From Octopus sinensis (taxonomy: Eukaryota): a stretch of DNA of 9,002 bases. This document shows positions 1 through 6,969 of this stretch, piece by piece. Positions within the stretch are counted from its first letter, which is position 1. Every line of letters begins with the position of its first letter. Position numbers and translations under genes: made by a program. The stretch is from NCBI RefSeq assembly GCF_006345805.1, contig NW_021828220.1, forward strand, positions 1 through 9,002, in the 5' to 3' direction. Below the pieces are notes generated by a model. The model had not been told where the DNA came from. It ran no database searches and saw only the letters and a list, made by a program, of their open reading frames with translations.

Positions 1-78
1 ACACAACATGCAGCCCGGTCCAGGAATCAAACTCATAACCTCACGATCGTAAGCTCAACATTCTAACCACTGAGCCAT
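1..78 (-). mobile_element. 5' head of a tRNA-derived SINE, running off the window edge
   Basis: Minus strand reads TGGCTCAGTGGTTAGAATGTTGAGCTTACGATCGTGAGGTTATGAGTTTGATTCCTGGACCGGGC. This gives a Pol III A-box (TGGCTCAGTGG) and a degenerate B-box (GAGTTTGATTCC) at tRNA-like spacing. No intact cloverleaf. Confidence 0.75.
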
Positions 79-116
79 GTACATTCACAATGTATATACA
101 TACATATGTATCCCTC

Positions 117-526
117 AACATCAATGGAAATTGTAGCTGTGATACCAGTGCCGGTGGCACGTAAGAGAACCATCCAAACGTGGCCATAGCCAGCCCCACC
201 TGACTGGCATCCATGCCGGTGACACGTAAAAAGCACCATCTGACCGTGGCCGTTGTCAGCTTCGTCTGGTCCCTGTGCCGGTGGCATGAAAAAGCACCAT
301 CCGATCGTGGCGGTTTGCCAGCCTCGTCTGGCACCTGTGCTGGTGGCACATAAAAAGCACCCACTACACTCATGGAGTGGTTGGCGTTAGGAAGGGCATC
401 CAGCCGTAGAAACACTGCCAGATCAGACTGGAGCCTGGTGTAGCCTTCTGGCTTCCCAGACCCCAGTTGCACCATCCAACCCATGCTAGCATGGAAAGCG
501 GACGTTAAACGATGATGATGATGATG
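117..526 (+). mobile_element. 5'-truncated 3' end (3' UTR) of an RTE-like non-LTR retroelement, copy A
   Basis: Colinear with 4252-4599. Four ~62-65-bp internal units start at 148, 213, 275 and 337. These are followed by GAGTGGTTGGCGTTAGGAAGGGCATCCAGCCGTAGAAAC, the palindrome CCATGCTAGCATGG (481-494) and a GGACGTTAAAC(GAT)n tail. RTE assignment rests on the tail type and the ORF remnant in copy B. Confidence 0.8.
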
Positions 527-697
527 TACATATATAATGTATATATACAGAGAGAGGGACACACATATGAGGTTTGATCACACCTTCCTTCCAAGCAGTG
601 CTATAAACAGTGGCAGCGAGCTAAAATGTTAAAACATGCACAGCAGAGTTCAAGGTCAATCTGTGCTAAGTGGCTTCACGTTGTGTGCTTTAGCTTC

Positions 698-711
698 GTT
701 ACTATGGCAAC
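698..711. promoter_or_regulatory. RFX X-box-like motif GTTACTATGGCAAC
   Basis: Fits the X-box consensus RTHNYYWTRRNRAC at all 14 positions and lies at the edge of apparently unique sequence. Motif match only. Confidence 0.3.
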
Positions 712-1464
712 AGTCCAGATACTTATTGATCAGACCAAGTACATATATATTGTTGATGGAGTAAGAATTTATGAACTTTTGAGAGAATAAGAAATAATTC
801 CTAATTTTTGGAATTGGTTTCCAAAGCAAATAAATGCTATGAATAACAGCATGTAAATATTGGGTTGGAAGCCCTTTAACTTTTTCTGTCCAAAAGAATT
901 TTTCATCCCAGTATTTACAATATTTATGTTCCGCTACAGATAGCCAATTGCAGTGCAGAAGGCAAAAGATAGCCATTCAGAAACACGCAGTGACCATCAA
1001 CTTCATTTAAATATTTATTGGAAACTGATTAAAAGCCGCACTCCATGCTGACTTTTAAGTTAGCTCCTGCAGAGGGCTAACTAGATCTGTGGTCCCAAAC
1101 CAAAAGGAGCTAAATGCATCTATAATGACTATATGCCCCAGAGGTTAAGGACAGATGAAAATTAATTTCCTAATACAATCATTCTATTGTTCCAGTCCCA
1201 AGTTGAATTCCAACTGTTGGCCAATTTGTCCCAAAGTTCTAATCTCAACATAAAATTAACGAAGCAAATGTTGTTTATCTCCCCCTTGACCTTTCACATC
1301 ATCAGACAAACGCCAATCAAGATGGCGTGAATCAGCTAGAAATGGCAACCCAATGCTGGATGTTCAAGAACTAAATAAAGGGTAGATTTTTCAATCCTGG
1401 GACTATACCAATTCCAAAAAGGTCTAGTATGTCTCTGTAGAGCAAATGTAGACAGAGATACAGG

Positions 1465-1511
1465 GGTCCCAGACGGACAGACAGAATTTTGCTTTTATTA
1501 TTATACATAGA
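1465..1511 (-). mobile_element. Possible 5' terminus of a non-autonomous Helitron-like element
   Basis: Minus strand starts TCTATGTATAATAATAAAAGCAAAATTCTGTCTGTCCGTCTG: a TC start, an AT-rich TATAATAAAA block, then (CTGT)n-like repeats, as seen in many animal non-autonomous Helitrons. No hairpin+CTAG 3' end confidently found. Confidence 0.35.
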
Positions 1512-1552
1512 GTGTCGTAAATTTTGTCACTCAAAGTCAACGGTCTTTCCGT

Positions 1553-1668
1553 ACTGGCAATGACCTTGCTTGAATCTTTTTATACGTGCCACCAGCACAG
1601 GTGCCAGTGAAGCGACATTTGTAACGATCACACTCAAATGCTGCCCTTTTACGTGCCACGGGTACATG
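1553..1668 (-). mobile_element. Diverged fragment (about 2 units) of the RTE-like 3' UTR repeat
   Basis: TTTTTATACGTGCCACCAGCACAGGTGCCAG and CTTTTACGTGCCACGGGTAC are reverse complements of the GTGCCGGTGGCACGTAAAAAG unit seen at 148-361. Confidence 0.7.
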
Positions 1669-1765
1669 TTGGAAGAAAATGTATACCACTCAGACATATG
1701 TGATGAAGGAGCTAAAACAAGAAAAACATATGTGGGGTAAGTTTTAAGCAAGGTATTATTGATAT

Positions 1766-2166
1766 TACTCTTTTACTTGTTTCAGTCATTTGACTGTGGC
1801 CATGCTGGAGCACTGCCTTCTAGTCGAGTAAATTGACCCCAGGACTTATTCTTTGTAAGCCTAGTACTTATTCTATCAGTCTCTTTTGCCGAACCGCTAA
1901 GTTACGAGACGTAAACACACCACCATCAGTTGTCAAGCAATGGTGAGGGGACAAACACAGACACACAAACATATACATACATACACACATATATACATAT
2001 ATATGACAGGCTTCTTCCAGTTTCCACTTACCAAATCCACTCACAACGCTTTGGTCGGCCCGAGGCTATAGTAGAAGACACTTGCCCAAGGTGCCACGCA
2101 GTGGGAATGAACCTGGAACCATGTGGTTGGTAAGCAAGCTACTTACCACACAGCCACTCCTGCGCC
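1766..2166 (-). mobile_element. Full-length tRNA-derived SINE, copy 1 (~400 bp)
   Basis: Minus-strand head GGCGCAGGAGTGGCTGTGTGGTAAG...CAGGTTCATTCCC carries A and B boxes. There is a central TA/TG microsatellite and a 3' tail CAGTCAAATGACTGAAACAAGTAAAAGAGTA. Aligns end to end with 4797-5214. Confidence 0.9.
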
Positions 2167-2288
2167 TATATAATGCTTGAAAAGAAAAGGAAGGTGTCCT
2201 TCATCAGCTCATCAGAAAATAAGAGTAAGAAGCGACAGAATGAAGACAAGGAATATTTAGGGGTCAGGTGAGAATGCTGTTGGGGAAG

Positions 2289-2364
2289 GTGTATGTGTGT
2301 GTGTGTGTGCATGCACGAGTGTACACACACACACACACTCACACACACATACATATATATATAT
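2289..2364. repeat. Compound (TG)n-(CA)n-(TA)n microsatellite
   Basis: Directly visible. The TG and CA tracts face each other around GTGCATGCAC. Confidence 0.9.
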
Positions 2365-2512
2365 TAATTATAGTACTTAGAGATAGAAAGGAGTATCTAA
2401 TATTAAAAACAAGAGCTCCCCACAAAAAAATAATAAATTTAAGAAAAATATAACATCCTGCTTTATGTGGTTGTACAAGGAACTAAATGCGAAATAATAA
2501 AAAAAGACACAA

Positions 2513-3020
2513 CAACAGCAAAGATATGACCATATGGTGCTGTAAAGTAAAATTCTATTGTACTCAGAGATAAAAAAAAAAAAAATAAGATAATCCAAGC
2601 TATAATTATGAGTTTCAAAGATAATGTAGATGATTTTTCAAAAGGAAAATCATAATGGTAATTCAATGTAAAATTATATTAGACATAAAAGAAAAAAATT
2701 ATAGGATACACAAAGATAGAAATTACATTGAAGGCTGATTTAAAATTATGATACTTCAAGGTATAGCACTGACAAATAAAATTATATGGTACTCATAGGA
2801 AAGTCATGTTGATCAAATACAAAAGTACATGGTACCCAAAGGTAAAATTATATGGTACAGGAAGGTAAAAATACATGGTAGTCAAAGATAAAATCATATG
2901 GTTATGGAAATGGAAAATGTAAGGTACTAGAAATTGTTTAGTACACAAAGGTAAAATGACATGGTACCATCAAAGTATACTTGTACCCAAAAAATATAAT
3001 TGTATGGTGCATAGAAAATA
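2513..3020. repeat. Degenerate 23-bp minisatellite, consensus about GGTACNCAAAGGTAAAATTATAT
   Basis: Units in exact 23-bp register at 2831, 2854, 2877, 2900 and 2923, at 2765 and 2788, and at 2513, 2536 and 2559. Units in between are more decayed. Confidence 0.8.
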
Positions 3021-3234
3021 TACTTCATATTTCAGAGAAGTCCTTTGTATTAATGACAAAGATTTAATTATTGCTGACATTTATAAAAAATTAAAAAAAA
3101 CAACTTGATACATCCCATTACTCCCTTTGAATTCTGTGGATTATATTCTTTGAAAAGCAAGGAATGTTTTAAAAATTTCTCCTAAAGTGTTCGATGCTTT
3201 CAAAAGGTTGGAGATTGAGTCCAGTTTTAAGACA

Positions 3235-3462
3235 TTAAGCAGATTAGTGTTCAGATTATTCAATCAAGCATAATGGCTATTGATTCCCATTGATTTGAAT
3301 TAATCATGTATTATCTCATATCTTCAAGATCTTGATGGTGTAATTACTTAATGTAGAATAACATTGTACGGTAGGTGTGAGAGCCTGGATCTGGTCAGTT
3401 TTAACAAAAAACAGATTAGCTATTTTGGCCAGATATGGCCGGTTTAAATACTAAAGGGTTAA
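3235..3462. mobile_element. TTAA-flanked piggyBac-type MITE (~220 bp) with damaged left TIR
   Basis: Right end AATACTAAAGGG-TTAA (3447-3462). Left end TTAA-gcaga-TTAGTGTT, which matches the inner TIR (TTAGTATT) at 7/8 but lacks CCCT. Subterminal direct repeats GGATCTGGTCAGTTTTAACA and AGATATGGCCGGTTTAAATA. CCC...GGG ends with TTAA are the piggyBac signature. Confidence 0.7.
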
Positions 3463-3499
3463 GCAGATTAGTAATAAATCTGAACCTCAATAACCTGTT

Positions 3500-3665
3500 C
3501 CATGATCGAGTGAGGGAGCCTCCATGAGGTGCTGAATCTCCTAGAGATAGCTGCAAAATCTCCCTTAAAACATAAACCCAACTATTTCCAAAAAATGAAG
3601 AATACATTGGATAATGTAGTCCAAGATATAAATTCTATATCTGAGAAATCTGAAAAAAAAAAGGG
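3500..3665 (+). mobile_element. Probable old interspersed-repeat (SINE-like) fragment
   Basis: GGGAGCCTCCA...CTAGAGATAGCTGCAAAATCTCCCT...ACATTGGATAATGTAGTCC resembles a common octopus repeat from memory. Weak similarity to about 1334-1356 (CAGCTAGAAATGGCAACCCAAT). Unverified. Confidence 0.35.
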
Positions 3666-4002
3666 GGCGTTATCAGGTTCTTTTTTAAAAATTTTTTGTA
3701 ACTAAGAAGGAGAAGGGCCATCAGCACACTTAACCTTTTCCAGAACCCCCAAGACTGGTACAAGGAAGGGAAGACCTTATTTTCAGAGCTGTGTGGATAC
3801 AAAGTTTTCTTTGTCATCTTCAGCTTTATCTCTGCACCAAGGGAGGCACCACATCCAGTTGTACAGTATCCCACCCACAAGGGATCAATACAGGATAGTT
3901 CAAACTAATCACTGTGAGCAATAAAGTGTCTCGTATATTCCATTTCCCATCTCTATCATTTGTTATGTATTCAAAAAACTCTGATGAATTCCTGAGGTAG
4001 AT

Positions 4003-4065
4003 TAAAGGCAGTGCTCCAATATGGCCGTAGTCAAATGACTGAAGCAAGTAAAAGAGTAAAGAGTA
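4003..4065 (+). mobile_element. Isolated 3' tail of the SINE family seen at 1766 and 4797
   Basis: TAAAGGCAGTGCTCCAATATGGCCGTAGTCAAATGACTGAAGCAAGTAAAAGAGTAAAGAGTA is a close reverse complement of 4797-4863. Confidence 0.85.
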
Positions 4066-4073
4066 TATATATA

Positions 4074-4163
4074 TTTCGAATGTTGGACTTCACAGAGGCA
4101 ATCACGAAAGACCGAAACCACTGAAGATATGCTGTGACTGCGAAGACCTGACAAATGAAGTGA
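4074..4163 (+). pseudogene. Decayed C-terminus of an RTE-clade reverse transcriptase ORF
   Basis: Translates FRMLDFTEAITKDRNH*RYAVTAKT*QMK*. DRNH*R fits the terminal DRxxWR motif of RTE-clade ORFs with TGG>TGA. It sits directly upstream of the UTR and tail. Confidence 0.55.
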
Positions 4164-4599
4164 GTTCATGGCTCGCAGGACGGCCTGCTGTGCTAACCTT
4201 GGATCATAGGGTGACCTGTTGTGCTTGAGGAGACTTATTGAGTCAAAATAAAAATCAAATGGAAATTGTAGTTGTGATACCCGTGCTGTGGCACGTAAAA
4301 AACACCATCCAAACATGGCTGATGCCAGTGCCGCCTTGACTGGCATCCGTGCCGGTGGCACGTAAAAAGCGCCAACTGATCGCAGACATTGCCAGCCTCC
4401 TCAGGCCCCTGTACTGGTGGCACATAAAAAGCACCCACTACACTCACAGAGTGGTTGGCATTAGGAAGGGCATCCAGCTGTAGAAACACTGCCAGAGCAG
4501 ACTGGAGCCTGGTGCAGCCACCTAGCTTCCCAGACCCCAGTCAAACCATCCAACTCATGCTAGCATGGAAAATGGACATTAAACGATGATGATGATGAT
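4074..4599 (+). mobile_element. 5'-truncated RTE-like LINE 3' end, copy B (ORF remnant + 3' UTR + (GAT)n tail)
   Basis: 4252-4599 aligns with 117-526. Three internal units at 4283, 4349 and 4411. The upstream part carries a decayed RT-ORF C-terminus. Confidence 0.8.
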
Positions 4600-4614
4600 A
4601 TATATTATATATAA

Positions 4615-4648
<34 letters not shown>

Positions 4649-4650
4649 TA
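4598..4650. repeat. (TA)n microsatellite
   Basis: Directly visible, abutting the (GAT)n tail. Confidence 0.95.
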
Positions 4651-4657
4651 TCCTGTA

Positions 4658-4798
4658 GACTTCTGTACAGTTTGTTTACCATACTTCAGCCACTAAGAAT
4701 TGGTTAAACTAAAGATTTTGGAAAATATTCTTGCAATGTCATGAAGTGGAACAGAAGTCAAATGGTTGCAAAGCAAACTTTTTAACTAGCTAGTCATA
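4658..4798 (-). mobile_element. Old, heavily diverged 5' half of a SINE related to the 1766/4797 family
   Basis: CTTCTGTACAGTTTGTTTACCA...GTCATGAAGTGGAACAGAA...ATGGTTGCAAAGCAAACTTTTTAAC is colinear by eye with 5057-5205 (GGCTTTTTTCAGTTTCCGTCTACCA...GCCACGCAGTGGGACTGAA...GTGGTTGGTTAGCAAGCTACTTACC). Confidence 0.6.
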
Positions 4799-5214
4799 CT
4801 CTTTACTCTCTCTTTTACTTGTTTCAGTCATTTGACTGCGGCCATGCTGGAGCACCGCCTTTAGTCGAGCAAATCGACCCGGGACTTATTCTTTGTAAGC
4901 CCAGTACTTATTCTATCGGTCTCTTTTTGCCGAACCGCTAAGTGACGGCGACGTAAAGACACCAGCATCGGTTGTCAAGCAATGCTAGGGGGACAAACAC
5001 AGACACACAAACATGTACACACACATACATATATATACATATACATATATACGACAGGCTTTTTTCAGTTTCCGTCTACCAAATCCGCTCACAAGGTATT
5101 GGTCGGCCCGGGGCTATAGCAGAAGACACTTGCCCAAGATGCCACGCAGTGGGACTGAACCCGGAACCATGTGGTTGGTTAGCAAGCTACTTACCACACA
5201 GCCACTCCTGCGCC
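4797..5214 (-). mobile_element. Full-length tRNA-derived SINE, copy 2
   Basis: Same architecture as 1766-2166, with B-box GGTTCAGTCC. It retains more CpGs than copy 1 (e.g. GACTGCGGCC vs GACTGTGGCC), suggesting a younger or less decayed copy. Confidence 0.9.
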
Positions 5215-5310
5215 TATAGTAAATTTTATATATAATGTGCATGTGTGTGTGGGTGTAGGTGTGCGTGCATATATGTGTATGAACAGAGAGAGGGAGAAAG
5301 ACAGAGTGAT

Positions 5311-5363
5311 TCATCATCATCATTATTTAACGTCCATCTTGCATGCTAGCATGGATGGGACAG
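5311..5363 (-). mobile_element. Short 3'-terminal fragment of the RTE-like tail
   Basis: (CAT)n-TATTTAACGTCCATCTTGCATGCTAGCATGGATGGGAC is a diverged reverse complement of the tail at about 473-526. Confidence 0.8.
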
Positions 5364-5393
5364 ATTATTCTTTCCTGTGTGTGTGCATGTACA

Positions 5394-5449
5394 CTTTTTA
5401 ATTGTTTCAGTTGTTAGACTGCAGCCAGGCTGGGGCACCAACTTGGAAG
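5394..5449 (-). mobile_element. Diverged SINE 3' tail, same tail type as 1766/4797
   Basis: TTGTTTCAGTTGTTAGACTGCAGCCAGGCTGGGGCACC compared with TTGTTTCAGTCATTTGACTGCGGCCATGCTGGAGCACC. Confidence 0.75.
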
Positions 5450-5459
5450 AAAATCAGAT

Positions 5460-5529
5460 AGAAACTCTGGAAATTGAACCCACTCCTTCTAACAGAATGT
5501 GAGATGTGCTACCAATACACCAACAGCCT
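5460..5529 (-). pseudogene. tRNA-like sequence (tRNA pseudogene or SINE head)
   Basis: Minus strand: AGGCTGT TG GTGT-ATTGGTA-GCAC A TCTCA-CATTCTG-TTAGA AGGA GTGGG-TTCAATT-TCCAG. D arm, anticodon arm (4/5 pairs) and T arm (4/5 pairs) are in canonical register, with A and B boxes. The acceptor stem is broken and U33 is absent. Confidence 0.6.
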
Positions 5530-5583
5530 CTCTGTCTGTCTGTCTGTCTCTCTCTATATATATATATATGTGTGTGTGTATAC

Positions 5584-5625
<42 letters not shown>

Positions 5626-5696
5626 GTGTGTGTGTGTATATACATATATATGTGTGTGTGTGTGTGTATATATGTGTGTGTGTGTGTATATATATA

Positions 5697-5751
<55 letters not shown>

Positions 5752-5830
5752 GTGTGTGTGTGTGTGTATATATGTGTGTGTGTGTGTATATACATATATA
5801 TGTGTGTGTGTGTATATATATATGTGTGTG

Positions 5831-5873
<43 letters not shown>
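5529..5873. repeat. Compound microsatellite: (TCTG)n/(TC)n, then alternating (TA)n(TG)n blocks
   Basis: Directly visible; source of the CV/YI/HT-rich spurious ORFs. Confidence 0.95.
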
Positions 5874-5878
<5 letters not shown>

Positions 5879-5974
5879 GTACTTTAACAGGACATTATGA
5901 GGGTGGCAAAAGAGTGGGGGCGGGGGCCTAAATGAAATTATCCTCTGATGACGTTACCGACTATGCAATTAAAT

Positions 5975-6210
5975 CAAAGAAGCAAAAGGAAGAAAATTCA
6001 AAAGTGAAAAAGAGCAAACATAAGCTATAAAAGGAGAGTAAGAAAAGGAGGAAGACGAAAAATGCAGGGGAAAAAAAGGTGGGGGGAGGGGGAGGAGAAG
6101 AGGGAAGAATGAAGTAATTGATAAATTAAAGAGAAAAAAAGAAAGAAAAAGAACAAAAACCTGGCAGAGGAGTTAGAGCGTGGGTAAGGAGAGAGAGAGA
6201 GGGAGAAGCA
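5975..6210. repeat. Purine-rich (A/G) low-complexity tract
   Basis: Almost exclusively A/G on the + strand, with G-runs at about 6066-6104. Confidence 0.75.
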
Positions 6211-6309
6211 CAATCTGAAATGGCTCTTCTCTGAAGTGCTATACATCAATGATTTCTGGAAACCTATTGAAGGAAGGAAGTGTCAACAAATATGATAACA
6301 CAGAAGTGT

Positions 6310-6394
6310 AAACATACACACGCACACACACACACACACACACACTATACATGTGTGTGTGTGTGTGTGTGTATGTATATATATATATATATAC

Positions 6395-6438
<44 letters not shown>

Positions 6439-6540
6439 GGACAGATAGATAGATGCATACATATACAGATAAATTAATAGATATATACATACGTATATAG
6501 ACAGGTGAACAGATAGATTGATTCATATAATAACAGATGG

Positions 6541-6571
<31 letters not shown>

Positions 6572-6875
6572 GGTAGATGGATACAAAGACAGATGCATGC
6601 ATAGATAGATGTGTGTGTGTATATATATATATATACATATATAGATAGATGGACAGACAGATAAATACGTGCATACAACCACATACAACAACACACACTG
6701 TTACTCAGACACAATCACACGCCGAGGCAGGCATATATACACAACACACATGTAGTATCTAAGACAAGCACACATAGACAGACAGACAGACACCCAATCA
6801 CATAGATACACACAGGCTGTCACACACATACACATGAGACAAAGACCAACATATACACATACATAAACACACAAG
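6310..6875. repeat. Compound microsatellite field: (CA)n, (TG)n, (TA)n, (GATA)n, (GACA)n
   Basis: Directly visible. Confidence 0.95.
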
Positions 6876-6969
6876 GCAGAAACCTGAGTTTAGTTTTACT
6901 TTCAGGTCTAGTTTCTGTTTAATTTCTTTTTTTTTTAACTATTTTCTTTTGTTCCATTTCTTAATGTGA

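Noticed and set aside
148-361. CRISPR-like look: ~25-bp palindromic repeat with ~37-40-bp intervening sequences
   Set aside because: The intervening sequences are homologous to each other, the array lies inside a multi-copy eukaryotic retroelement, and there are no cas genes.
41-562. 173-aa ORF and the similar ORFs at 4002-4489
   Set aside because: Antisense translations of the LINE 3' UTR; the reading frame is not preserved between copies.
604-662. Faint resemblance to a decayed SINE head (GGCAGCGAGCT...GAGTTCAA), also at about 1190-1290
   Set aside because: Too degenerate to support by eye.
656-976. 106-aa ORF in unique sequence
   Set aside because: No recognisable motif, AT-rich composition, and a length within chance range; no convincing splice signals.
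1290-1308. Hammerhead-like core CTGATGA-tgt-GAAA on the minus strand; other CTGATGA at about 2201-2215, 3981 and 5945
   Set aside because: No stem II is possible with 3 nt, and the other sites lack a correctly placed GAAA and flanking stems.
1930-2133. Apparent paralogous ORFs MSSNGEGTNTDTQ... and MSSNARGTNTDTQ... (4972-5235)
   Set aside because: Both are antisense frames across the two SINE copies, start at TTG and include microsatellite.
5460-5529. Functional tRNA gene
   Set aside because: The acceptor stem does not pair in register, U33 is missing and the arms have mismatches; kept only as a tRNA-derived sequence.
5454-6714. Many long CV/YI/HT-rich ORFs
   Set aside because: Stop-free frames of dinucleotide and tetranucleotide microsatellites.
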